This document shows positions 40,601 through 49,228 of a stretch of DNA of 64,000 bases, in pieces. Position numbers and translations under genes: made by a program. This DNA comes from an uncultured Bacteroidota bacterium. Its GTDB lineage: Bacteria; Bacteroidota; Bacteroidia; Flavobacteriales; Flavobacteriaceae. A model generated the notes under the pieces. The model was not told the DNA's origin. It saw only the letters and a program-made list of their open reading frames with translations, and ran no database searches. The DNA is taken from NCBI GenBank assembly GCA_902560065.1, contig CACEKG010000001.1:70308-134307 (forward strand), read 5' to 3'. Every line of letters begins with the position of its first letter. Within the stretch, counting starts at the first letter, position 1.

Positions 40601-40977
40601 ATTGGATTGTAAATTATGATAAATCATCATATGTAGAAAATCTTGGAAATGGCAAATTTTTAATCCATAGTCTTCCTATTGAAGCTCAATTTGCACCAGT
40701 ATATGATTTTGAAATATCAGATCTTAATAATGATAGTATAAATGATCTGTTAATAATTGGTAATGATTATGGAAATGAACCCTTTATAGGCCCTTATGAT
40801 GCTCTTTGTGGTTTAGTTCTTCTAGGTATAGATAAAAATAAATTTAAGCCCATCTCTCAAGATCAGTCTGGTTTTTGTGTGCCTGGAAACGCAAGAAGCA
40901 TTGAAACAATTAATAATAATGGTAATAATATTTTTTTAATCTCTCAAAACTCTGGAAAACTTTTAATCTTTGAATAA
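37657..40977 (+). CDS. FG-GAP/VCBS-repeat protein with ASPIC/UnbV domain (CRTAC1-like), lipoprotein
   Basis: 1106 aa. Lipobox LINCTNN, many DxDxDG-type repeats (DFDNDGLIDLF, DINNDGLIDIYV, DINYDGWPDIFIGND...) and a central UnbV_ASPIC-like block (GIGAKIVLRD...RGYMSSVDNTIHFGLG). Confidence 0.85.
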   Translation: MVSKSFKNFKFSFLLFVLISLINCTNNNKLFNKLSSKQTNISFNNTIVENDTLNILNEEYVFNGGGVISADFDNDGLIDLFFSGNQKPNKLYLNKGKFNFKDISSISNIEALDKWSTGLTYADINNDGLIDIYVCAAMKKENRNNMLFINKGLDENTGEILFKEMAKEYGIDDSGNSMGAIFFDYNKDGHMDLYVLNNEQNKSIPTNYRKKIIDGSAVSNDKLYKNNGNGTFTDVSLEAGITIEGFGLGVAVADINYDGWPDIFIGNDYTTNDLLYINNRDGTFSNQISKFIKHQSMFSMGVDISDFNNDGYQDIISLDMLGESNYRKKTTISFSTYEKVILNKRYGYETQHIRNMLHLGNGAEVPFSEIGLLSNIYQTDWSWSPLFFDANNDGLRDLFITNGFPRDITDKDFSDFRLQVQRFVNPKVLLDSIPIIKQSNYSFINNGDLTFSDSSVSWGIDKPSFSNGAVFSDLDNDGDLDYIVNNINDEAFIFENKTQELNKNNFVQIKLIGPKNNYTGIGAKIVLRDTNDEIQFHENYHTRGYMSSVDNTIHFGLGNKNKVKFIEILWPDGKYEKILNPNINEKLKVFYKNSSIVEKNSLKFPLVKNKSKTLLNEVSDKKELTYNHKQIDKADFNIQRLIPRKISESSPKIKKGDLNNDGIEDILIIDEIDLPKIFLYSKNGKFKEKTIEIKKINKNTEISDIAIIDIDKDKNLDLVILSNFSDFRRDKYEGRLQFYLNDGQANFKLAENFTNKNKIEQGKLLRFNDFDKDGDDDLFILGKTHLSKYPKSSKNQFLENKNGIFIDVSNKYLNENESIGIPKDAAWADINDDQIDDLIIINEFSPIQILINKNKSFSKLENTGLENYIGWWESLKIIDNDNDGDLDFFVGNLGSNNHFNISKETPVSLLIKDFDNNGSIDPILFSYSKDTNGEFKQFPVTFWNNMKTQSPLFRQKFNYYKQYARADISKIFTKTEIKGAENWIVNYDKSSYVENLGNGKFLIHSLPIEAQFAPVYDFEISDLNNDSINDLLIIGNDYGNEPFIGPYDALCGLVLLGIDKNKFKPISQDQSGFCVPGNARSIETINNNGNNIFLISQNSGKLLIFE

Positions 40978-40979
40978 TT

Positions 40980-41879
40980 ATGAATACATTTATAAAAAAT
41001 CTTTTTTTGTTTAAAATAACTCCTTTGCTATTTATTTTTTTAGTTATTACCTGCTCTTCCGATGATAAAGAAAGTGAGGAAAAACAAACATTAAATCAAA
41101 TTGAAATTCCAACAAAAGAACCTTATCTAATAGGAGAAGAACTAACTCTAATTTGGAGTGATGAATTTGATTATGAAGGATCCCCGAATATAGATAAATG
41201 GCATCACCAAACTATTCCTCCAAATAATGGAAGTTGGTGGAACGATGAATTACAACATTATACCGATAGACTAGAAAACTCTTATGTTGATAATGGTACA
41301 CTGAAAATTAAAGCTCTAAAAGAGCAATATGAAATTGATGGTTCATCAAAATCTTATACTTCTGCTAGACTTAACTCCAAATTTTCTTTCAGATATGGAA
41401 GAATTGATGTAAGAGCTAAGCTTCCAAAAGGTGCTGGAACATGGCCTGCTATTTGGACACTTGGAGCAAATATTAATGAGGTTGGAAATTATTTTGGCAA
41501 CCAATTTGGAAATGTTGGTTGGCCTGCTTGTGGAGAAATTGATATAATGGAACAAACTGGATGGGATAAAAATAGTATTGGAGGACATTTTCATTGGGCT
41601 GATAATTCTGGTAATTATCAAAACAAAGGAGAAAAAACAGATATTGAGAATTCGTCTGATGAGTTTCATACTTACTCATTGATTTGGGACAGTGCAAAAA
41701 TTTCTATTCTTTTAGATGATCAAACTTTCTTTAGCATATCAAATACATCTAACAATCCTTATGATAATGATCATTATTTATTAATTAACATTGCTATAGG
41801 TGGAAATCTTGGAGGAGATGTTCCTTCTAATTTTTCTGAAGAAATTATGGAAATAGATTATATTAGAATTTATCAATAA
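40980..41879 (+). CDS. Glycoside hydrolase family 16 beta-glucanase (laminarinase-type), lipoprotein
   Basis: The GH16 catalytic motif ExDxxE is present as GEIDIME. Lipobox VITCSSDD. Confidence 0.9.
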   Translation: MNTFIKNLFLFKITPLLFIFLVITCSSDDKESEEKQTLNQIEIPTKEPYLIGEELTLIWSDEFDYEGSPNIDKWHHQTIPPNNGSWWNDELQHYTDRLENSYVDNGTLKIKALKEQYEIDGSSKSYTSARLNSKFSFRYGRIDVRAKLPKGAGTWPAIWTLGANINEVGNYFGNQFGNVGWPACGEIDIMEQTGWDKNSIGGHFHWADNSGNYQNKGEKTDIENSSDEFHTYSLIWDSAKISILLDDQTFFSISNTSNNPYDNDHYLLINIAIGGNLGGDVPSNFSEEIMEIDYIRIYQ

Positions 41880-41949
41880 TTCTTTTTATAAAATCTCTAT
41901 TTCATAAATATTAAACAAATTCCTATTTTTATAACTACATCACGAAAAA

Positions 41950-44900
41950 ATGAGAATTATATCTAAATTTTTATTCTACTTGTCAATCTCACTGATGATA
42001 TCATCCTGTTCAATCAATGTACCATCAGAAGTTGAGATGGAATTTTCAAATTTACCAGAAACTATTGATTATAATTATGATGTTAAGCCTATTTTATCCG
42101 ACAGATGTTATCAGTGTCATGGCCCAGATGAAAAAACAAGAAAGGCTGGTCTAAGACTTGATATTGAAGAAATTGCATTTTCTAAATTACAAAGTGGAAA
42201 TCAAGCTTTTTCATCAGGAAGCACTTATGGAAGTGAAGCTGCTCACAGAATTTTATCTTCTGACCCTGATGAGATGATGCCAACTCCAGAATCTAAACTA
42301 TCATTATCAAATAAAGAAAAGGCAATTATTCTAAAATGGATTGAACAAGGTGCCATTTGGAAAGAACATTGGTCTTTCCTCCCTGTGAAAAAGCCAAAAT
42401 TGCCAATTTTTGAAAAGGATAATAAAAAAATAAAAAATCCAATTGATAATTTTATTTATAATAAACTAATTAGAAATGATTTAAGTTTTTCCGAATTATC
42501 AACTAAAGAAAAACTTATTAGAAGAGTTTATTTTGACCTTACTGGTCTTCCCCCATCAATTCAAGAAGTAAATGACTTTGTTTCTGATGATGATCCAAAT
42601 GCTTATTCAAAAATTGTCGACAAACTGTTAAATAGTGATGAAAATGCAGAAAGATTAACAATGGAGTGGCTTGATCTTTCAAGATATGCAGATTCCCATG
42701 GATTACATGCTGACGGTTTAAGAATAATGTGGCCTTGGAGAGATTGGGTTATTAAGGCTTTTAAAAACAATATGCCTTACGATGAATTTGTTTCGGTTCA
42801 ATTAAGTGGAGATTTAAGAGAAAATGCATCAAGAGAAGAAAAAATAGCTACTGCATTTAGCAGGAATTCTCCTATGACTGCTGAAGGAGGAGTAATTGAT
42901 GAAGAATGGAGGTTAAATTATGTTTTCGATAGAACTGAAACAGTTGGGACAGCTTTTCTTGGTCTTACAATGATGTGTGCAAAATGTCATGATCATAAAT
43001 TTGATCCCATCTCACAGAAAGATTATTATCAACTATCTGGTTTTTTCAATCAAATTAGAGAACTTGGAATGACAGGTGATGATGGTGATTATGGTCCTTT
43101 AATGCTCTTGCCTGAAGTCTCTCAAGAAAAAAAGATACTTGCTTTAGATAAGAAAATTGATCAAAAAAAAACTAAACTAAAACTCACTGAAAAAGAGCTT
43201 TCCGAGTTTTATAATTATAGCAATGCTCTTTCTAAATCAAAAATTTCCAGATCAATTAAAAAATCAATTATTCAAAGAGCTAAACTTGAAAATATTAAAC
43301 CTTTTAAAAAGAAGCTTGCCTCATTTACAATTGTACAAGGGACTTTTGATAGAAGTTCAAATTTCATAATAGATAATGATTATAATATTTTATGTAATGT
43401 TGCCCCTAAAATAGAAAAAGGGATTGATGGAAATGCCTTTAAATTAGGAACTGGAAGTGATGCAATTTTTCTAGATGCTGTTCCTAATTTTGAATGGACA
43501 GATCCTTTTTCAGCCAGTGTTTGGATTAATACTGAAAAAAGAAAGAAAGGTTTTGGACAAACAATAATGGGTACCACAGGAGGTAAAAACAATTTTTGGA
43601 GAGGCTGGGATCTTTATTTAGATGATCAAAATTTTATTAATCTAAGATTAGTTAGTGCTCTTCCTGGAAATTTAATTCATATTAAATCAAAAGACTCTAT
43701 TTTAAAAAACAATTGGACTCATTTATCTTTTTCATATGATGGATTAGGAAAAGCAGATGGAACAAATTTATTTGTAAATGGTTCAAAAATTAAAAATCAA
43801 GTATTAGTAGATAATTTGTATAAAACCATAAAACCTGTATCAAGTAGTGGTATAAAATTAGAAAAAAGAGAACTTAAAATAGGTGTCTCAAATGATGGGT
43901 CTAGTGGAGATAACAAAATATTTAAAGGCTTAGTTGATGATATAGTTGTTTATAATAGAGCCTTAACTGATTATGAAATTGGTCATATTTATAATCAATA
44001 CAATGTTAGCCAAAAATTGAACTTTAATGATTCTCAAATAAAAAATCATATAATAAACAGTGATTATAAAATAACCCAATTGAAAAATCAAATTCAAAAT
44101 CTAAAGCAAAAAAAACTCAATGAAGTTTCTGATGTAATTGAATTAATGATTATGGAAGACATGGATACAAAAAGAAAAACTTTTCTTTATGATAGAGGTT
44201 TATACTCTATGCCTAGCTATGAAGTTAGCACAGACGTTCCATCTAAACTACCAAGAATGTCTGAAGATTTACCTAAAAATCGTATTGGGCTTTCAAAATG
44301 GTTATTTGATAAAAAAAACCCTTTAACTTCTAGAGTTGCTGTTAATAGATATTGGCAAATGATTTTTGGCAGGGGTATTGTTAATACACCTGGAGATTTT
44401 GGCGTTCAAGGTTCATTACCTTCTCATCCTGAATTACTTGACTTTCTGTCAAATTATTTTATTGAGAACAACTGGGATATTAAAAATCTAATAAGATTAA
44501 TGGTTAATTCACACACTTATATGCAAAGTTCAATACCAAATAAAAAATACACTGAAATTGATCCAGATAATATTTTTCTTTCTAGAAGCAATAGTTATAG
44601 GTTACCCGCTGAAATGATTAGGGATAATGCACTTGTTGCAAGTGGTTTAATGGTTAAAAATGTGGGAGGTGAAAGTGTCAAACCCTACCAACCAAAAGGT
44701 TTATGGAGAGAAAAATCAAATTTCTCTATAAAGCTAATGAACTATAAAGAATCCTCAGGTGACAGTCTCTATAGAAGAAGCATGTATACATTTATAAGAA
44801 GAACATCTCCTCCTCCATCAATGTCTGTTTTTGATGCTCCAAATAGGGAGGTATGTACAATAAAAAGAGAAATTACAAATACTCCATTACAAGCTCTTGT

Positions 44901-45228
44901 GCTTTTAAATGATCCACAATTTTTTGAAGCTTCGAGAATTTTAGCTGAAAGAATGCAAAAGGAAGCTCCAAACTCAATTGATGAATCTATATCTTATGGA
45001 TTTAAACTTTGTACATCTAGAAATCCTAAAGAAAAAGAATTGACTATACTTAAAGAACTTTATTTTCAACAACTTGATAAGTTCAAAAAAAATCCTAAAC
45101 TTGCGTATGATATTTTTAAAAGTGGAGAAAAACCAAGAGACAGGAGTTTAAATAGATATAAAACAGCAGCCTTATCAATGGTTGCTAATACTTTATTAAA
45201 CCATGACGAAACATATATGAAAAGATAA
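41950..45228 (+). CDS. PSCyt1/PSCyt2(DUF1549)/LamG-like/PSD1(DUF1553) multidomain lipoprotein, function unknown (copy 2)
   Basis: 1092 aa, collinear with the 12958-16254 product. Contains CYQCHG, CAKCHDHKFDP, a LamG-like middle section and NPLTSRVAVNRYWQMIFG. Confidence 0.85.
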   Translation: MRIISKFLFYLSISLMISSCSINVPSEVEMEFSNLPETIDYNYDVKPILSDRCYQCHGPDEKTRKAGLRLDIEEIAFSKLQSGNQAFSSGSTYGSEAAHRILSSDPDEMMPTPESKLSLSNKEKAIILKWIEQGAIWKEHWSFLPVKKPKLPIFEKDNKKIKNPIDNFIYNKLIRNDLSFSELSTKEKLIRRVYFDLTGLPPSIQEVNDFVSDDDPNAYSKIVDKLLNSDENAERLTMEWLDLSRYADSHGLHADGLRIMWPWRDWVIKAFKNNMPYDEFVSVQLSGDLRENASREEKIATAFSRNSPMTAEGGVIDEEWRLNYVFDRTETVGTAFLGLTMMCAKCHDHKFDPISQKDYYQLSGFFNQIRELGMTGDDGDYGPLMLLPEVSQEKKILALDKKIDQKKTKLKLTEKELSEFYNYSNALSKSKISRSIKKSIIQRAKLENIKPFKKKLASFTIVQGTFDRSSNFIIDNDYNILCNVAPKIEKGIDGNAFKLGTGSDAIFLDAVPNFEWTDPFSASVWINTEKRKKGFGQTIMGTTGGKNNFWRGWDLYLDDQNFINLRLVSALPGNLIHIKSKDSILKNNWTHLSFSYDGLGKADGTNLFVNGSKIKNQVLVDNLYKTIKPVSSSGIKLEKRELKIGVSNDGSSGDNKIFKGLVDDIVVYNRALTDYEIGHIYNQYNVSQKLNFNDSQIKNHIINSDYKITQLKNQIQNLKQKKLNEVSDVIELMIMEDMDTKRKTFLYDRGLYSMPSYEVSTDVPSKLPRMSEDLPKNRIGLSKWLFDKKNPLTSRVAVNRYWQMIFGRGIVNTPGDFGVQGSLPSHPELLDFLSNYFIENNWDIKNLIRLMVNSHTYMQSSIPNKKYTEIDPDNIFLSRSNSYRLPAEMIRDNALVASGLMVKNVGGESVKPYQPKGLWREKSNFSIKLMNYKESSGDSLYRRSMYTFIRRTSPPPSMSVFDAPNREVCTIKREITNTPLQALVLLNDPQFFEASRILAERMQKEAPNSIDESISYGFKLCTSRNPKEKELTILKELYFQQLDKFKKNPKLAYDIFKSGEKPRDRSLNRYKTAALSMVANTLLNHDETYMKR

Positions 45229-45233
45229 ATATT

Positions 45234-46688
45234 ATGAATTGTAACGATCATCATCATAACGAAAAATTTACAAGAAGAGATTTTCTAACAAAAACTTCTT
45301 TAGGCCTTGGAGCTCTTACTCTTGGATCTCTTATTAATCCTACTCCAGCTTTAGGTAATATTAATAGTAACAACTTAAGAGAAAATTTAAATCTTCCTCA
45401 TTTTCCTGCTAAAGCAAAAAGGATTATATATCTGTTTCAAAGCGGAGCACCTTCTCACCTTGATATATTTGATTACAAACCTTTATTAAAAAAAATGCAT
45501 GGTAAAGAAATCCCCGATAGTGTTAGAGGTGAACAAAGACTCACTGGAATGACTGCGGGACAAGCAAGTTTTCCTTTAGTTTCATCAATATTTAATTTCA
45601 AACAACATGGAAAAAGTGGGATATGGATGAGTGACCTTATGCCTCATACATCAAAAATAGTTGATGAATTGTGTTTTATTAAATCAATGTATACTGAGGA
45701 GATAAATCATGATCCTGCAGTAACCTTTCTTCAAACTGGATCAAATCTACCAGGAAGACCCTCAATGGGTTCTTGGGTTAGCTATGGATTAGGATCAGAT
45801 AATAAAAATCTTCCTGAATTTGTTGTTTTAGTTACAAAGAACAAAAGCGGTCAACCTCTATATGCAAGATCTTGGGGAAATGGATTTCTTCCTTCAAAAT
45901 ACCAAGGGGTTCAATTTAGATCTGGAAAAGATGCTGTTCTATATTTGGAAAATCCTCCTGGGGTAACTGGAGATATAAGAAAAGAGCAGCTTGATTATTT
46001 AAAAAAACTTGAAGATGAAAATTATAATGACATAGGAGATCCTGAAATTTTATCCAGAATGTCACAATATGAGATGGCATACAGAATGCAAACATCTGTG
46101 CCAGAAGTGATGGATGTTTCAAATGAGCCTGATTATATTTTTGATATGTATGGAGAGGACAGCAAAAATCCAGGAACTTTTGCAGCAAATTGTCTCTTAG
46201 CAAGAAAATTAGTTGAAAAGGATGTTAAATTTATTCAACTTTATCACCAAGGTTGGGATCAACATGGAAACCTTAATAATGATATTAAAATTCAATGTAA
46301 AGAAACTGATCAAGCCTCGGCTGCTTTGATCAAGGATTTAAAGCAAAGAGGGCTTCTAGAGGATACATTAGTTATTTGGGGAGGAGAGTTTGGAAGAACA
46401 AGTTATACTCAAGGATCAATAGATAGTCCCAGTTATGGAAGAGATCATCACCCTAGATGCTTTACAATTTTTATGGCTGGTGCTGGAGTTAAAAAAGGAA
46501 TAACATATGGTGCTACTGATGAATTTGGATACAATTTAACTGAAGATCCTGTTCATGTTCATGATTTTCAAGCAACAATTATGCATTTATTAGGAATTGA
46601 TCATGAAAGACTTACATTCAAGCATCAAGGTAGAAGATACAGATTAACAGATGTCCATGGGCATGTAGTAAAAAATATTTTATCATGA
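45234..46688 (+). CDS. DUF1501-family protein with Tat signal (copy 2)
   Basis: 484 aa. TRRDFLTKTSLGLGAL and GRDHHP. Very similar along its whole length to the 16256-17698 product. Confidence 0.85.
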   Translation: MNCNDHHHNEKFTRRDFLTKTSLGLGALTLGSLINPTPALGNINSNNLRENLNLPHFPAKAKRIIYLFQSGAPSHLDIFDYKPLLKKMHGKEIPDSVRGEQRLTGMTAGQASFPLVSSIFNFKQHGKSGIWMSDLMPHTSKIVDELCFIKSMYTEEINHDPAVTFLQTGSNLPGRPSMGSWVSYGLGSDNKNLPEFVVLVTKNKSGQPLYARSWGNGFLPSKYQGVQFRSGKDAVLYLENPPGVTGDIRKEQLDYLKKLEDENYNDIGDPEILSRMSQYEMAYRMQTSVPEVMDVSNEPDYIFDMYGEDSKNPGTFAANCLLARKLVEKDVKFIQLYHQGWDQHGNLNNDIKIQCKETDQASAALIKDLKQRGLLEDTLVIWGGEFGRTSYTQGSIDSPSYGRDHHPRCFTIFMAGAGVKKGITYGATDEFGYNLTEDPVHVHDFQATIMHLLGIDHERLTFKHQGRRYRLTDVHGHVVKNILS

Positions 46689-47743
46689 AAAAATCAAATT
46701 TAAATTCAAGGCGAAGTTTTATAAAAAAATCTGCTTTAGTTGGTGTTGGAATTAGTTCTCCAATTAACACCTTTGCAATAGGAAAAAATTTAAAAGAAAA
46801 TAGTGGAATTGTAGGGCACGGAGATTTCAAATATAAAGTTGATAAAAAATGGGGAATTCAAAATCCAAATAATTTTCCAGTTAATCATTGTCATGAAATG
46901 GTAATGGATAAAAGAAATAGAATTCTAATGACTACAACTCATCCAAAAAATAATGTTTTAATTTATAATAAATCTGGTAAAATTCTTGACTCTTGGAGTA
47001 TAGGTTACTCTGGAGCGCATGGTTTGACTTTAGTTGATGAGGGGGGTGAAGAATTTTTATATATAACTGATCCGGATGCGCATAAGGTTTGTAAAACTGA
47101 TTTAAAAGGAAGAAAAATTTTAGAGTTCGATTACCCTAAAGAAATTAAAGAATATAACTCAAGAGAGGATTTTAAACCTACTGAAACAACTGTATCACCC
47201 AATGGAGATATCTTTATTGCTGATGGTTATGGAAAAGATTTTATAATTAAATATGATTCTAAAGGAAATTATATAAAGCATTTTGGAGGTAGAGGAGATA
47301 AAAATGATCAATTTGAATCTTGTCATGGAATAGCTATTGATACAAGAAAAAATAATAGTTCCTCACTATTAATTACTTCCAGATCTAAAAATGAGTTTAA
47401 AAGATTTGATTTCGAGGGTAATCACCTTGAAACTATTTCATTACCTGGATGTTGGATTTGCCGTCCTGTTGTTAAAGGAAATAATCTGTTTTTTGCTGTA
47501 ATTATTACTGAAAGTTGGTGGAATTATGATGGTATGATAGCTGTTTTAGATAATAATAACAAAGTTGTTTCAATGCCAGGGGGAAGTGATCCAAAATACG
47601 CAGGTAATAAATTGGAAAAACCTCTTTATGACGACAAAACATTTTTAAACCCTCATGATGTTTGTGTAGATAACGATGACAATTTATATGTTCCTCAATG
47701 GAATTCAGGTAAAACGTATCCTGTCAAATTAATTAGAACTTAA
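46685..47743 (+). CDS. Tat-signal six-bladed beta-propeller protein (NHL / peptidyl-alpha-hydroxyglycine-lyase-like)
   Basis: SRRSFIKKSALVGVG signal. Repeated blade-like units (LYITDPDAHKV, IFIADGYGKDFIIKYD, HGIAIDT, PHDVCVDNDDNLYV). The start overlaps the DUF1501 stop (ATGA). Confidence 0.7.
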   Translation: MKKSNLNSRRSFIKKSALVGVGISSPINTFAIGKNLKENSGIVGHGDFKYKVDKKWGIQNPNNFPVNHCHEMVMDKRNRILMTTTHPKNNVLIYNKSGKILDSWSIGYSGAHGLTLVDEGGEEFLYITDPDAHKVCKTDLKGRKILEFDYPKEIKEYNSREDFKPTETTVSPNGDIFIADGYGKDFIIKYDSKGNYIKHFGGRGDKNDQFESCHGIAIDTRKNNSSSLLITSRSKNEFKRFDFEGNHLETISLPGCWICRPVVKGNNLFFAVIITESWWNYDGMIAVLDNNNKVVSMPGGSDPKYAGNKLEKPLYDDKTFLNPHDVCVDNDDNLYVPQWNSGKTYPVKLIRT

Positions 47744-47753
47744 TTTATTTTTA

Positions 47754-49124
47754 ATGATAGTATTTGATATCTCTTCTTTTTTTGGAAGGTTTCATCCCAT
47801 AGTGGTTCATTTACCTATTGGTTTTATTTTTTTAGCAATTTTTTTAGAGATTTATGTTGCCTATAAAAAGTTAAACTTTAGTAGAAGAATTATAAGTTTT
47901 TGTTGGTTTTTAGGATTTATAAGTTCTTTTTTTGCTGCATTATTTGGTTGGCTATTAGCTTCTAATGGTTATTATATAGAAGAAAACATATATATTCATA
48001 GATGGTCAGGTATTTTAATTGTTTTTCTAAGTTTTATTGGTTGGGGAATTAAAGCTAGAATAATTAATCTATTTAAATCCCAAGATTCATTTATAAATTA
48101 TACAGTATTAATTTTTCTTTTAATTGTTGGTCATCAAGGTGGAAATATTACTCATGGTGAAAATTATCTTTTTGAATATGCACCAGACTTTGTGAAAAAA
48201 TATTTTTATAAAGAAAAAAATCAACTCATTTCATATAAAGAAAAAGAAATTGATTCTATTGAAGTTTTTTCAGAATTAATTCTTCCAGTTTTTGAAAATA
48301 AATGTATAGCCTGTCACAATAATGATATTTCAAGTGGTGGCTTAAATATGATCAGTTTGGAAAAAATTTTAGTAGGAGGAGCAGCAGGAAGTTCAATTAT
48401 TGATGGAAATTCTTTAAGTAGTCCTATTTTCAAAAGGATAACACTTCCTCAAAGTCATTCAAAATTTATGCCTCCATCGGGAGAGCCACTGACTTATGAT
48501 GAAATTAATTTAATTGAATGGTGGATTAATAATGGTGTAAAAAATGATATAAGATTAATTGATATTGAATTATCAAATGAAGAAGAATTACTACTAGCAA
48601 GGCTTTTTGAAATTGATACAAAACCAAAACCTTGGTATGAAAAGCTTAAAAACTTGGAAGAATTAAATTCAGAGGAATTAAAAAAATTAGAAGTCAAAAA
48701 CCTCTCTTGGAAACAACTTGCTAATAATTATCCAGTAATTGAAATTAAATTTAATGGGAATGATATAAGTGATGATGTTCTAAATGAAATATTAAAATTT
48801 AATAAACATGTAATTTCACTTACTATTAAAAAAAGTGGTTTAAATGATTCTCAAATAAACATCATATCTAAATTAGAAAATCTCATGATTTTAAATATTC
48901 AAAATAATCCTATAACAGATGATGGCATAAAAGGTATAAATTCATTAAATCATCTTGAAAGATTAAACCTTTATGGAACCAATGTCACTGACAAATCTCT
49001 TGAAACCTTTGCGTCGATAAAATCATTAAAGAAAATATACCTTTGGAACACTAAAGTTTCAAAAGAAAAGGTTAGTGAATTTAACCGAGAAAATAAATCA
49101 AAAGAAGCACTTCTCGACTTTTAG
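47754..49124 (+). CDS. Membrane protein: DUF2231-like N-terminal TM domain + PSCyt1-type cytochrome-c module + C-terminal leucine-rich repeats
   Basis: FHPIVVHLPIGFIF plus three further TM helices, a CIACHN heme motif with downstream FMPP, and LRR units (LENLMILNIQNNPITDDG, LERLNLYGTNVTD, LKKIYLWNTKVS). Confidence 0.75.
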   Translation: MIVFDISSFFGRFHPIVVHLPIGFIFLAIFLEIYVAYKKLNFSRRIISFCWFLGFISSFFAALFGWLLASNGYYIEENIYIHRWSGILIVFLSFIGWGIKARIINLFKSQDSFINYTVLIFLLIVGHQGGNITHGENYLFEYAPDFVKKYFYKEKNQLISYKEKEIDSIEVFSELILPVFENKCIACHNNDISSGGLNMISLEKILVGGAAGSSIIDGNSLSSPIFKRITLPQSHSKFMPPSGEPLTYDEINLIEWWINNGVKNDIRLIDIELSNEEELLLARLFEIDTKPKPWYEKLKNLEELNSEELKKLEVKNLSWKQLANNYPVIEIKFNGNDISDDVLNEILKFNKHVISLTIKKSGLNDSQINIISKLENLMILNIQNNPITDDGIKGINSLNHLERLNLYGTNVTDKSLETFASIKSLKKIYLWNTKVSKEKVSEFNRENKSKEALLDF

Positions 49125-49135
49125 TTCAAGAAAAC

Positions 49136-49228
49136 TTAACAATAACAATCCTGGCAAGAGCAATCCTCACAATTACAATTACTGCAATTTATAGTCTCAC
49201 AACCATCACATGAGCAACTACAAGTCAT
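49136..49228 (-). CDS. Candidate 30-aa cysteine-rich (metallothionein-like) peptide; below the ORF-track length cut-off
   Basis: My own translation is MTCSCSCDGCETINCSNCNCEDCSCQDCYC*, with 11 Cys out of 30 residues in CxC/CxxC spacing. ATG start with an A-rich upstream context. Confidence 0.4.
   Translation of the reverse strand: MTCSCSCDGCETINCSNCNCEDCSCQDCYC

Noticed and set aside
49136-49228. The Cys-rich 30-codon ORF considered as a transcription-attenuation leader peptide for cysteine biosynthesis genes.
   Set aside because: Nothing lies downstream of it on the minus strand except the 3' end of a convergent gene, so there is no operon for it to regulate.
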